From Thainema sp. (GTDB lineage: Bacteria > Cyanobacteriota > Cyanobacteriia > Phormidesmidales > Phormidesmidaceae), in assembly GCA_052168235.1 (NCBI GenBank), contig JBQLZK010000030.1:1-64000 (forward strand): DNA of 64,000 bases, written 5' to 3'. Each line of letters starts with the position of its first letter. The stretch's first letter is position 1. Positions 48,926 to 59,055 of the stretch are shown here, piece after piece. A program made the position numbers and the translations under genes. The notes beneath the pieces were generated by a model. That model ran no database searches. It was not told where the DNA came from and saw nothing but the letters and a program-made list of their open reading frames with translations.

Positions 48926-49253
48926 GCCGTTTCTCGATTCAAATATGATTAAGGGGACGTTCCTTTACGCTAGCGCTGCCGTTCCCTAAACGTCTAACGA
49001 TTGATGTCATTTTAGTTGGGTAAATACCGTACGAGTTGTCAAGATGTTCATGCAGCCTTAGCGTATTACTCCGATCATCTGGATGAAATTCGGCAAGCTG
49101 TCCGTGAGAGTGAAGCTCTAGCCAATCAGTTTGCGGTTCAAACGCCATCTATTTTTGGGTGCAAACTGTGAGAACCAAATACCATCGCAGATGAAGTTGC
49201 ACTTTGCCCCAGACATGCAAAACCATCTCTGATCGACGATAGACCCCAGTGGC

Positions 49254-49321
49254 AAGGGCGGGTTTAGCCGATAGTAGGTGTGACGCTTCTGTAAGAATTG
49301 ATCAACAAAAACCGTCCCTAC
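49254..49321 (+). repeat. REPIN-like repeat (inverted copy 57292-57358)
   Basis: GGGCGGGTTTAGCCGA...AATTG(A/G)TCAAC..AAA.CCG.CC.TAC is shared. Confidence 0.6.
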
Positions 49322-49341
49322 CGAGATTTTGGGGATATGTC

Positions 49342-50103
49342 TTACAACGTGGCAAAGAGTTGTTTGACTTGCTCCCAAGCAGCGGCAGCGGCTTTGGCAT
49401 TGTAGCTGGCTCTGCGATCGCAAAAGAATCCATGCTCAGCGCCGTCATAGCGGAAAATTTTGTGATCAATATTGTATTGATTGAAAGCTTGCTCAATTTC
49501 CTCAACATGTTCGGGCGGAATGCTGCCGTCCTCGTTGCCGAAAAAGGCGTAGATTGTGCCACTGATATCTTTTGTTCGGCTGACCGTTGGTTCTTCCTCT
49601 CCCGGTTGCCAGGTGGGAATGCCAGCACCATAGAACGAAGCCGTCGCTTGAATATCCGGTAAGGTCGCAGTTAAGTACACCACATGTCCGCCAAAGCAGA
49701 AGCCGATAGAACCCAGGCCACCCGATTTCACCTGCGGTAGTGATTTTAAGTAATCCGCTGCGGCCTGCACGTCTTGCAGTAGCTCTGTGGCTTTGGTTTT
49801 TTCCTTGTACACCCGGCCAATCTTGACATCTTCAGCGGTGTAGCCCACTTCAAAGCCGGGAGCTTGGCGCTGATAAATCGGTGGTGCGATCGCAACATAA
49901 CCCTCTTTGGCGATACGTTCAGTGACATCGCGAATGTGCTCATTCACGCCAAAGATTTCCTGAATAACAATAATGCCCGGAAAAATGCCCGGAAACGACT
50001 GCGTAGACTGACTATCAACATCGGGCTGAGCAAGGTAACAGGGCAGGGTAACATCCCCACTCTGGACATGAACAGTCTGAGTTTTAATAGCGGATACGGT
50101 CAT
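49342..50103 (-). CDS. Dienelactone hydrolase family protein
   Basis: QEIFGVN, GFCFGG, HGFFCD. Confidence 0.92.
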   Translation of the reverse strand: MTVSAIKTQTVHVQSGDVTLPCYLAQPDVDSQSTQSFPGIFPGIIVIQEIFGVNEHIRDVTERIAKEGYVAIAPPIYQRQAPGFEVGYTAEDVKIGRVYKEKTKATELLQDVQAAADYLKSLPQVKSGGLGSIGFCFGGHVVYLTATLPDIQATASFYGAGIPTWQPGEEEPTVSRTKDISGTIYAFFGNEDGSIPPEHVEEIEQAFNQYNIDHKIFRYDGAEHGFFCDRRASYNAKAAAAAWEQVKQLFATL

Positions 50104-50427
50104 AGTTCAGGTGCGTAGACGACTGCAACAGGATTGACATCGGTTACGAGTGCATTATGGAGCATTATGGATAACTGGTGTAGGCAACGAGGAGATGAAT
50201 CGTCTGGATTGTCTGGATCGGCTTTGGTGGGGACGGCTGTGGGCAACTGTCATCCTCCGTACATATTCTGTTGTGACAAAGTATTAAATCCTGTGACAAT
50301 TTGGCTGGGCTTACGTCATGAACTCTAAGAGCGTCGCTATGGAGTCATAAGGTTAAAATCAATGAGTTCCAGCCTATTGTCTGACCGTTCACACACCAGA
50401 ACGCTCAATTCGGAGGTTTACCGCGTG

Positions 50428-51411
50428 GTGCAGTTTCACATCCAGCCGGATAGCGAAATTCCGGCTTCTGCTCAGCTTTATAATCAAATTCGCTTTGCGA
50501 TCGCATCACGGCAGTATCCACCCGGAAAGCGCCTGCCCAGCACCCGACAGCTTGCCATGCAAACGGGGCTGCACCGCAACACCATCAGCAAAGTCTATCG
50601 GCAACTGGAAGAAGCTGGCTTTGTCGAAGCATTACCCGGCTCCGGTATTTATGTCCGCGATTCTGGCAATGGTGAAAATCTACAGGCCCCTTCGCCACTG
50701 CTGAGAGAATATCCCCAAGCCCGTAAGCTGATTCAGCGCAATTTGGACGAACTACTGCGGGAAGGCTTTTCGCTCAATCAAGCCCGCGAACTGTTTTTAG
50801 CCGAAGTAGACTGGCGGTTGCGCTGTAGTGCCCAGGTTCTCGTCACCACGCCCGCACAGGACATCGGCGCAGGTGAACTGATGGTGCGGGAACTAGAGCA
50901 AGAGCTGAAGATTCCGGTACAGCTTGTGCCGCTAGAAAGCCTAGAGCAAACGCTGTCCCAAACTCGCTCCGGGACGGTCGTGACCAGCCGTTACTTTATT
51001 GCCGAAGCCGAAGCGATCGCAGCTCCCAAGTCAGTTCGAGTCATCCCAATTGATATCTACGACTATGCTCAAGAGCTGAGCCTGCTGAAGGATTTACCGA
51101 AAGAAACCTGTCTGGGTCTAGTCAGCTTGAGTTCGGGAATTCTACGCGCGGCTGAGGTGATTATTCACAGTCTGCGGGGTGACGAACTGCTGGTGATGAC
51201 GGCGCAAACCAATGATGCCTATAAGCTCAATGCCATTGTGCGCAGTGCCCAGACCATCTTTGCGTTCGATCAGGCCAGTTTCCCAGTCGTCAAGCGAGCT
51301 ATCTCGGAAGCCCGTGAAGATCTGATTCGTCCACCCGAAGTGATCACCACCGATAACTATATTGGCAGCAAGTCTATTAGTCTCTTAAAGCGAGAACTCG
51401 GCTTAGAGTAG
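50428..51411 (+). CDS. plmA: GntR-family regulator PlmA
   Basis: QFHIQPDSEIPASAQLYNQIRFAIASRQ..LPSTRQLA; C-terminal LLKRELGL; GGAGG RBS. Confidence 0.85.
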   Translation: MQFHIQPDSEIPASAQLYNQIRFAIASRQYPPGKRLPSTRQLAMQTGLHRNTISKVYRQLEEAGFVEALPGSGIYVRDSGNGENLQAPSPLLREYPQARKLIQRNLDELLREGFSLNQARELFLAEVDWRLRCSAQVLVTTPAQDIGAGELMVRELEQELKIPVQLVPLESLEQTLSQTRSGTVVTSRYFIAEAEAIAAPKSVRVIPIDIYDYAQELSLLKDLPKETCLGLVSLSSGILRAAEVIIHSLRGDELLVMTAQTNDAYKLNAIVRSAQTIFAFDQASFPVVKRAISEAREDLIRPPEVITTDNYIGSKSISLLKRELGLE

Positions 51412-51504
51412 GAGGTGCGATCGCAGTTATCGCGCTATTCTGGAACGGAATCTGTCTGAAAAATTGACAAAACGATTCTGTGCCAACCGTTTGGGCGTTA
51501 TTTT

Positions 51505-52173
51505 ATGACCATTGAAGCTCAGCCCTCCATGGGGCTGCAAGATGCCATCCGTCTGCGTCGAGCATCGCGGGCGTTTAATCCCGATCCGATTCCAGATGTG
51601 CTGCTGGAAAAGATTTTGGAGCTGAGTATTCAGGCTCCGTCGGGGTACAATTTGCAGCCTTGGCGCTTCATTGTGCTGCGCGATCAGGCCAGTAAAGAAA
51701 AACTACAGCCCTGCGCCTTTGGTCAAGCTCAAGTGGTGCAAGCTCCAGTGGTTTTGATTTGCTGTGGCGATCGCAATGTTGGCAGTCCCGACTATATCGA
51801 GCAGGTAATTGAGCTAGGCGAAGCCAACGACGCGATTGATGAGAACTACGCCAATATCATGCGTAAGCAAATTCCGCTGGGTTTTGAGCAGCAGCCGAGC
51901 TACGGTTCGATGGAGGTTTGGACGAACCGCCACGTTATGCTGGCAGTTACCCACATGATGATTGTGGCGAAAAGCTATGGGGTTGATAGCTGCCCGATGG
52001 AAGGTTTCTCTTCTGAACAGGTCAAAGAAGCGTTCAATATTCCCGATCACGTCGATGTCTGCTGCTTGCTGTGTTTAGGTTTTGCGACCGAACCTCACAA
52101 AAAATATAGCGGACGATTCGACCTGTCCAAGCTGTTTTATGGTGAGTCCTACGGTGAGATGTTTTCACTGTAG
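51505..52173 (+). CDS. Nitroreductase family protein
   Basis: RRASRAF, APSGYNLQPWRF, SCPMEGF. Confidence 0.92.
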   Translation: MTIEAQPSMGLQDAIRLRRASRAFNPDPIPDVLLEKILELSIQAPSGYNLQPWRFIVLRDQASKEKLQPCAFGQAQVVQAPVVLICCGDRNVGSPDYIEQVIELGEANDAIDENYANIMRKQIPLGFEQQPSYGSMEVWTNRHVMLAVTHMMIVAKSYGVDSCPMEGFSSEQVKEAFNIPDHVDVCCLLCLGFATEPHKKYSGRFDLSKLFYGESYGEMFSL

Positions 52174-52479
52174 GATGCTCTATTAAACACATCAGAATTT
52201 CCGTGAACGCATCATAGGGCATCATAGAAACCTATTTCCTTTCGCCATGATAGGTAGGGTGACGGCTATAGTTGCTAAACCTGCCCTGGCAAAACGTTTT
52301 GAGGCTTAAAGAAACAAGCGGGAGCGCAATACGTTCCCGCCTGTTTCTTTCAAAGTTGATTCATACAAAGCTGGCTCATAAAACCAGTTTTGTTTTGTTT
52401 TGTTGTGAACGTCGGGTTGTGCCCGACGCTCACAACAAAACTGTTTTTTTCCTAGTCGGATGCGGTGTCAGAATTGAGC

Positions 52480-53529
52480 CTATTTTAGTTTCGCAGCGCG
52501 GAACGTTTGATAAGCCTGCTCAGGATGATAGAGATGGCAGTAGTCAACAATATCCTTCATTAATGCCCAAGAGAACTTACGTTCCTTCAGATAAGGCTGC
52601 CAGTTTTCTTTCAGGCTGCTGTGGGCTAACCGCAGATTGTACGAGGGGATGGCGACAGACAAGTGATGCGGCACATGCACATTGATGTCGTGGCAGAGAA
52701 TCTCAACCCAGCGGGGATAACTACAGTGAATGGTGCCTTCAAGTTGGGCAACCGCTTCGTTCCAAGAATCGACGGGTTGAAATGGTACGTCCATCGTGGT
52801 GTGATGCACGATGGTGAACGTGCTCATCCAGAAGTGATAAACCATCCAGGGCAGCAGCCAAAACTTGACGAAGCCCCACAGCCCGGTGGTTGCAATCAAA
52901 ACGGGGAAGAAAATCGCCGCGAATACGAGTACGACGGTGATTGAGAGTTTCACCTTTTTGCGATCGCGCTCAGCAAACTGCGACGGGTCAAAGTGAATGC
53001 CTGCCCAGTGAGCAATGGAACCCATCCACCACAGCCGACCCCGCAGCACTTCATACAGCTTGCGCATCACGATAGGGGTGTTGCGGTACTCTTCTACTTT
53101 CCAGGGTTGCCACGCATTGTCTACGTCCAGCTTGTTGGTGTGGATATGGTGATAGTCATGTCCCAAACGCCAGCAGTGAAAGGGATAAATCAGTGGCAGC
53201 ATGGCAACATGACCGACTAAATCATTCACCCAGCGGCGCTTAGCAAACGAGCGATGGCCGCAGTCATGCCCAACAACGAAAAAGCCTGTTAAAGCAGTAC
53301 CCGTGAAAATCCACGCAATCGGTAACAAGAACCAGGGGGAATATGCGATCGCAACATAACCTAGAGTGACTGCCGCGACGCTGAGTAACGCTTGACTCCA
53401 AGCTTTGCGGCGGTTCTTCTGGAAACATTCCCGTGGCAGGGTTTTGATGATGTCCTTCAGTGTGACGTTGTTGCGTGCCAGTTCTGACAGCTCGTTATCA
53501 AGTTCAAATTTTTCAGTCGTAGCAACCAT
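52480..53529 (-). CDS. desA: Delta-12 acyl-lipid desaturase
   Basis: His boxes GHDCGH, HDYHH, HVPHH; IPSYNLR. Confidence 0.88.
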   Translation of the reverse strand: MVATTEKFELDNELSELARNNVTLKDIIKTLPRECFQKNRRKAWSQALLSVAAVTLGYVAIAYSPWFLLPIAWIFTGTALTGFFVVGHDCGHRSFAKRRWVNDLVGHVAMLPLIYPFHCWRLGHDYHHIHTNKLDVDNAWQPWKVEEYRNTPIVMRKLYEVLRGRLWWMGSIAHWAGIHFDPSQFAERDRKKVKLSITVVLVFAAIFFPVLIATTGLWGFVKFWLLPWMVYHFWMSTFTIVHHTTMDVPFQPVDSWNEAVAQLEGTIHCSYPRWVEILCHDINVHVPHHLSVAIPSYNLRLAHSSLKENWQPYLKERKFSWALMKDIVDYCHLYHPEQAYQTFRAAKLK

Positions 53530-54037
53530 GAATTCGATCAATTCTCCATAATTGGCCAAGATAGCGCCTGCCACACCAAATCCGCTAGAACATAAGAAGA
53601 GAACAGTTTTTACCGTCCTAAATCTATACGTGATTTATGTCTAGTGTTGTGTTCCAGCTAAATCGCGACCGTGCCCAGCCAGTTATTGAGATGGATTCGA
53701 GACGTATCCCTTCAAAGGTTCCCTTTCGACCATGACAAATCACCAACTGAACGGGGTTAGGTATGACGCTGATAAATGGGTGGTTCTTTCACAGCTAGCT
53801 CATCAAAACACTGCCTAACGTCAAACCTTGCACCACAACCGGAAGAGGTGATTTCGCTGCCGCAGTGCGGCGGCAAAATCACCTTTGGGGTTCCAGTTAT
53901 AGAAAGTACAAGATCTGAGCCAACGTACACTGCTAAAACCTGAGAGCCGTTAAAAAACCTTAACATTTATACCATGCTCGTCGGCCATTGTTGCCGGACA
54001 AAATCGCAGATCTGTCAAGAGCAGTAATGATTTTGTG

Positions 54038-56020
54038 CTAATTACCACCTGATGACGGCGGGGATGGAAAGTATTGCCAGATTTTCACGGTTTTATCGAG
54101 GCTGCCGCTGACCACAATGCTGGCGTTAGGGGTTACGGCAACCGATTTTACGGCGTTGGCGTGATTGCTCAAGGTATGCATGAGCTGTCCAGACTGGAGA
54201 TTCCAAATGCGGACCGTTGCGTCACTGCCGCCGCTGACCAAAATTTTGCCACTGCTGCTGATGGCGACAGCGTTGACCTCGCGAGTATGGTCAGTCAGGG
54301 TATGCAGCAAATTCCCCGATGCCACATCCCAGAGCCGAATGGTTTTATCTTTGCTGGCGCTGGCGATGATTTTGCTGTCGGGACTAATGGCCACGCTGTT
54401 GATCGAGTTGAAGTGGCCGGAGAACACCTGCGTCATTTCGCCCGTTTGCAGATTCCACAGGCGCACTTTATTGTCTAAACCGCCGCTGACCAGAAGCTGG
54501 TTTAGCGGATCAAGTGCGATCGCTTTAATCATGCCTACCGAACCCGTCAGGGTTTGCATCAGCTCTCCACGCTGTATGTTCCAAATTCGAATGGTTTTAT
54601 CTTCACTGCCGCTGGCGACAAAGCGGCTGTCTTGGCTGATTACGACCGTGTTCACATCGCGTGTGTGTTCGGTGAGCGTGTAGACTAAAGCACCTGTGCT
54701 AAAATCCCAGAGTTTGACCGTATCGTCATCGCTACAGCTCGCCACGATGCGACCGTCGGGACTGACCGCCACATCATTCACGCCCCGCGAATGGCCCTTG
54801 AGCGTATGAATATTTTGACCCGTGCGGGCATTCCACACCTTGACTGTGTCGTCCATGCCGCCACTGACAATGGATGGCGGCTTTAAACATAAATCAACCG
54901 CCATCACCCAAGAGCCATGCCCTTCTAGCGTACGAATGCAGTTCCAACCCGTACGGCGACCCGAAGTCGGTGGACGTAAGGGGCGCGATCGCGGCGGCGA
55001 GGTGGGCGGTGAAGTCGGTGGAGAAGAGACAGCACCAGGCGGAGAAGACGAAGGTGAAGATTGTGACTCTTTACGAGACGGCAAGGCCGAACGCGCCTCA
55101 GAAGAATATGTATTAGCGTCTCCTCCAGCCGATGCATTGAGATCCTTCAGTACCTCATCGACTGACTGGTATCGCTGACTGACCAAATCTTCCACCAGCT
55201 TGTTCAACACGTTGGCCAGGGCATCGCTGACATAAATTTTGCGTCGTTCTAGCTTCTCGCGCCACAGCCACTTACCGTCCAGGGGATTGTAAAGCTCATC
55301 CGGACGAGTCAGCGTCATCAGGTACAGGCACGTCGCTCCCAGGCTGTACAGATCGCTGGATGGATAGACCTTGCCGCTGCGCAGTTGCTCAATTGGCGAG
55401 TACCCTTCGGTGCCAATTTTGGTTCCCGGTTGCGACAACCCCTCTGCCGTCAACTGTTTCGCCACGCCAAAGTCAATCAGCACTACCTTCTGGTCAATGC
55501 TGCGCCGAATAATATTAGACGGCGTGATATCGCGATGCACCACTTGCCGCTGATGCACAAACCTCAGAATCGGCAGTAGATCATTTAGGACAGCGCGAAT
55601 TTCGACCTCGTTAAATCCCTGTTTCTCCTGTGCTTCCTGAGTCAGTGTTGGCCCTTCAATAAACTGCTGGACTAAATAGAGATACTCATCTTGCTCAAAA
55701 TAGGCCAGCAGCGCCGGGATCTGCGGATGTTCGCCCAGTTCATGCAGCCGCACCGCTTCTTGGTTGAACAAACGGATCGCTTTTTCGAGCGACTTCGTGC
55801 CCTGGGTCTGAGGCGCAAACTGTTTGATGACGCACTTTGTCTGGAGGCGATCTTCATCCAGCGCCAGATATGTCCGCCCGAATCCGCCCTGACCAATCAG
55901 TTGCACAGGCCGATAGCGTCCCCGTAGCGTCGGCATCAATCTCTCACCACAGTGCTGGCAGAAGTCTTGATCATCCGGATTCTGGGGTCGCTGGCATTTA
56001 GGGTTCAGGCAGCAGATCAT
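54038..56020 (-). CDS. Ser/Thr protein kinase with WD40 repeats
   Basis: N-terminal Cys ribbon, GQGGFG, HRDI, DFG; seven GH...W repeats. Confidence 0.93.
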   Translation of the reverse strand: MICCLNPKCQRPQNPDDQDFCQHCGERLMPTLRGRYRPVQLIGQGGFGRTYLALDEDRLQTKCVIKQFAPQTQGTKSLEKAIRLFNQEAVRLHELGEHPQIPALLAYFEQDEYLYLVQQFIEGPTLTQEAQEKQGFNEVEIRAVLNDLLPILRFVHQRQVVHRDITPSNIIRRSIDQKVVLIDFGVAKQLTAEGLSQPGTKIGTEGYSPIEQLRSGKVYPSSDLYSLGATCLYLMTLTRPDELYNPLDGKWLWREKLERRKIYVSDALANVLNKLVEDLVSQRYQSVDEVLKDLNASAGGDANTYSSEARSALPSRKESQSSPSSSPPGAVSSPPTSPPTSPPRSRPLRPPTSGRRTGWNCIRTLEGHGSWVMAVDLCLKPPSIVSGGMDDTVKVWNARTGQNIHTLKGHSRGVNDVAVSPDGRIVASCSDDDTVKLWDFSTGALVYTLTEHTRDVNTVVISQDSRFVASGSEDKTIRIWNIQRGELMQTLTGSVGMIKAIALDPLNQLLVSGGLDNKVRLWNLQTGEMTQVFSGHFNSINSVAISPDSKIIASASKDKTIRLWDVASGNLLHTLTDHTREVNAVAISSSGKILVSGGSDATVRIWNLQSGQLMHTLSNHANAVKSVAVTPNASIVVSGSLDKTVKIWQYFPSPPSSGGN

Positions 56021-56196
56021 CGATGGGTAGAAGCACTAAACGGCAATTGGCAGGGCAGCGATCGCAAATGGCAAACCATTCAACGACACTATGCGATGAT
56101 TCTCTAAAGCTTATCCCAGAGCCTTCCGTTTAATAGCGACAAGATTCACAATTCAGAATCTTTCGGATCACAGGTTTGAGACGTTTCGGTCACTTA

Positions 56197-56300
56197 ATAT
56201 GAAGTCCGGTTAAAAACCTATAATTTATTTTTTGTGAAACGCTTGCGGAGCAAGCGTTTCACAAAAAATAAATTGGGTTCTTATACACAGACTTGACATA
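56197..56300. repeat. MITE-like element with a long central hairpin
   Basis: AATTTATTTTTTGTGAAACGCTTGC-gga-GCAAGCGTTTCACAAAAAATAAATT; imperfect TATG..AAGTC ends. Confidence 0.55.
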
Positions 56301-56310
56301 ACAATGTGGT

Positions 56311-56390
56311 GGAATTGCTGATTTTAAGTCTGAATTGCGATGTAGGGTTGGTGTCCCTACATCACCATTCATCCCAGATTAAGCAGCGCC
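56311..56390 (-). repeat. MITE-like repeat, copy of 36925-37004
   Basis: Reverse-complement similarity with a different hairpin core. Confidence 0.7.
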
Positions 56391-56550
56391 GCGAGAAGAA
56401 CTCTAGATATTTCTCAGATAGATTCAGTGTTCCCACGCAAATGGTTTTCCTGTCAGTCGGGGAATAGATTCCTTACAATCGGTATTCAGGTGATAACCCA
56501 ACCTAGAGATAGCGCATTTATAGACAGTTTAGAGAGATCTGCGATCGCAC

Positions 56551-57243
56551 ATGGATATTAGCCAACTTCGCAAAGAGTATACCCAGGCTGGACTGACCCA
56601 AGACACAATTAATCCCAATCCCTTTCAGCAGTTTGAGCTGTGGTTTAAGCAAGCCTGCGATGCAGATTTACTGGAACCGAACGCAATGGTGATCGCCACG
56701 GTATCCGCGACGGGACAGCCCACCCAGCGCACCGTGCTGCTGAAGTATTTTGACACCAACGGCTTTGTCTTTTTCACCAACTACGAAAGCCGCAAAGCCC
56801 AGCAGATTGCCGAGAATGATCAGGTCTCGCTCCTGTTCCCCTGGTATGCCTTAGAACGGCAGGTTCACATCACGGGCACAGCAGCAAAAATCCCTACGGC
56901 TGAATCGCTGAAGTACTTCCTAACGCGGCCCCGTGGCAGCCAGTTGGGCGCGTGGACATCGCAGCAAAGCTCGGTGATTTCGAATCGTCAGCTTTTAGAG
57001 ATGCAGTTCGAATCGATGAGGCGCAAGTTCCAAGATGGCGAGGTGCCGCTGCCGCCATTCTGGGGTGGTTTTCGAGTGCGACCAACGAGCTTCGAGTTTT
57101 GGCAAGGTCGCCCCAGTCGATTACACGATCGGTTTCTATATACGCTGACAACCTCGGCTAGCGCGGCATCATCGCATGAATCCACGAAGCAGCCTGATTT
57201 AGCCAATCCAGAACTCTGGGATATTAACCGCCTGTCGCCATAG
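56551..57243 (+). CDS. pdxH: Pyridoxamine 5'-phosphate oxidase
   Basis: RTVLLK, FFTNYESRK, FEFWQGRPSRLHDR, RLSP. Confidence 0.95.
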   Translation: MDISQLRKEYTQAGLTQDTINPNPFQQFELWFKQACDADLLEPNAMVIATVSATGQPTQRTVLLKYFDTNGFVFFTNYESRKAQQIAENDQVSLLFPWYALERQVHITGTAAKIPTAESLKYFLTRPRGSQLGAWTSQQSSVISNRQLLEMQFESMRRKFQDGEVPLPPFWGGFRVRPTSFEFWQGRPSRLHDRFLYTLTTSASAASSHESTKQPDLANPELWDINRLSP

Positions 57244-57365
57244 AACAAGGCTATTCTTTCACCTGAATCAGAATTCAACCGCAGACATTGTGTAAGGGCG
57301 GGTTTCGTTGACCAATTTGATCTTGAAACCGCAATTCGTCGGCTAAACCCGCCCCTACAGAAGGT

Positions 57366-58214
57366 TTAGGATTTTGTAGAATTTTCAATCGAACGCAGAC
57401 CAAAGCGACGCTGTAGGATCTGATCCAGCCAGGGACGGGGCAAAACGGTTTTCAAAAACGGCAACAGTCTGCTTTTCTTACCGATACGTAGCACAGCAGG
57501 CGGATTTGGCCGCAGGGCCGCTTGAACCAAACGGGTAGCAAAATCCTGAGTCGGTGTCGCATCAACTTGAGACAGTTCAGCTCTAGCGCGAATCGTATCC
57601 TTGATACCGGAATACCAGGACTGATCGGTTAAGTTCGCCTCCGTGCGCTGACGAGCCGCAGTGCCGAAGTCTGACTGAATGGCTCCGGGCTGTACCGTCA
57701 TCACTCGAATACCAAACGGTGCTAGCTCCATTCGTAGCGCATCCGATAAACAGTGCAGGGCAGCTTTAGACGAAGCATAGGCACCGGAAAACGGCGTAGG
57801 CATGATGCCGGAAATGCTGCCGATGTTGATGATCAGGCCAGATTGTTGCGATCGCATCATTGGTGCAGCAGCCTGAATCAACTGCAATGGCGCAAACAGA
57901 TTGGTTTCAAACTGCTGTGCGAGCTGATCAACAGACACATCAAGCAACGGTGTAAACAGACCATATCCGGCATTATTGACCAGCACGTCTAACCGCTGCT
58001 CCTCCCGCTGAATCTCGGTGAAGACAGACCGAATCTGGTCAGGGTTAGTCACGTCCAGCTCTTTGGTCAGCATTCCAGCCTCTTGCAAGGGCCGCAGTGT
58101 CTCCAGCCGCCGGGCCGTTGCGATGACGCCATACCCAAAGCGGTGAAATTCGTATGCCAACGCACGACCAATTCCAGATGAGCAACCTGTAATCAGAACA
58201 ACTTTTTGACGCAT
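57366..58214 (-). CDS. SDR oxidoreductase
   Basis: ITGCSSGIG, LVNNAG, YASSK. Confidence 0.92.
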   Translation of the reverse strand: MRQKVVLITGCSSGIGRALAYEFHRFGYGVIATARRLETLRPLQEAGMLTKELDVTNPDQIRSVFTEIQREEQRLDVLVNNAGYGLFTPLLDVSVDQLAQQFETNLFAPLQLIQAAAPMMRSQQSGLIINIGSISGIMPTPFSGAYASSKAALHCLSDALRMELAPFGIRVMTVQPGAIQSDFGTAARQRTEANLTDQSWYSGIKDTIRARAELSQVDATPTQDFATRLVQAALRPNPPAVLRIGKKSRLLPFLKTVLPRPWLDQILQRRFGLRSIENSTKS

Positions 58215-58395
58215 TTTGCGTTTTTTATTCCATCATCCATCCACGCTATCACTCATCCACCCCCATCACTCAGGACTCAAAACATGAGGTGAATGAATAG
58301 ATAATCAAACTGTGGCAACCGCTACAAATAGCGAAACCTTATTATTACTATTGGTACATTTTGGCAAGTTTTGTTGCTGAATCGTAATACTCCGT

Positions 58396-58413
58396 GTTAA
58401 GTTAGTTTACAAG
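58396..58413 (+). promoter_or_regulatory. HLR1-like (RpaB) direct repeat upstream of nblA
   Basis: GTTAAGTT-AG-TTTACAAG resembles (G/T)TTACA(T/A)(T/A)-N2 repeats. Confidence 0.45.
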
Positions 58414-58512
58414 AAGATATGTAACGCCGCAGCTATACAGATACGAGCAGGTTTGCTAGTTGGGTGTTGCTCAATCTCGGTAACCCCTTCACTTCGTGTT
58501 AAGGAGACGGAC

Positions 58513-58710
58513 ATGGACAGTTCTGCGCAATTATCTCTCGAACAGCAATTTAACTTACGGACATTCTCTGATCAGGTTCAGCGGATGTCCCGCGAACAGG
58601 CTCAGGAGTTCTTGATTAAGCTGCAAGAGCAAATGATGCTGCGGGAAAACATGTACCAAGCCTTCTTGCGTAAGGATTGGGGACTAGATTCTGACGCAAT
58701 GTCAATCTAG
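58513..58710 (+). CDS. nblA: Phycobilisome degradation protein NblA
   Basis: LSLEQQF.L..F..QVQRMSREQAQEFL...QMM.REN; AAGGAG RBS. Confidence 0.92.
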   Translation: MDSSAQLSLEQQFNLRTFSDQVQRMSREQAQEFLIKLQEQMMLRENMYQAFLRKDWGLDSDAMSI

Positions 58711-58778
58711 CTTGCTTTAGCTGAACGGTTCGCGGTCTTTGGAATCATTGTTCATTACTGATAGCAGAGGTAACTTTC

Positions 58779-58922
58779 ATGGATAACCAAGAGCAAAAGT
58801 TCGGTTTTACAGAATTCGCAGAAAACTGGAATGGCCGTTTGGCTATGCTCGGTTTCGTTATTGGTTTGGCAACTGAATATCTAACTGGACAAGGCATCCT
58901 GTCTCAGCTAGGCCTAATGTAA
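58779..58922 (+). CDS. High-light-inducible protein (HLIP/SCP), 47 aa, absent from the ORF track
   Basis: MDNQEQKFGFTEFAENWNGRLAMLGFVIGLATEYLTGQGILSQLGLM with the ExxNGRxAMxG motif; GAGG RBS. Confidence 0.93.
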   Translation: MDNQEQKFGFTEFAENWNGRLAMLGFVIGLATEYLTGQGILSQLGLM

Positions 58923-59055
58923 GGTGCTTTGATATTTGATGAAACAGGCCTCGGTGCAGTGCATCGAGGCCTGTTTGCTTGGCATTCAAAACGTGAGGCG
59001 AAAGGAGTAAGGAGTGAGCGCGATTCAGCACTTAGTCTTAATCATCGCTGTATGG

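Noticed and set aside
50272..50299. TGTGACAA direct repeat upstream of plmA
   Set aside because: Only two 8-mers 20 bp apart; too weak to call without comparative data.
52308..52450. Two hairpins between nitroreductase and desA as an ncRNA
   Set aside because: They lie between convergent genes and are adequately explained as terminators or palindromic repeats.
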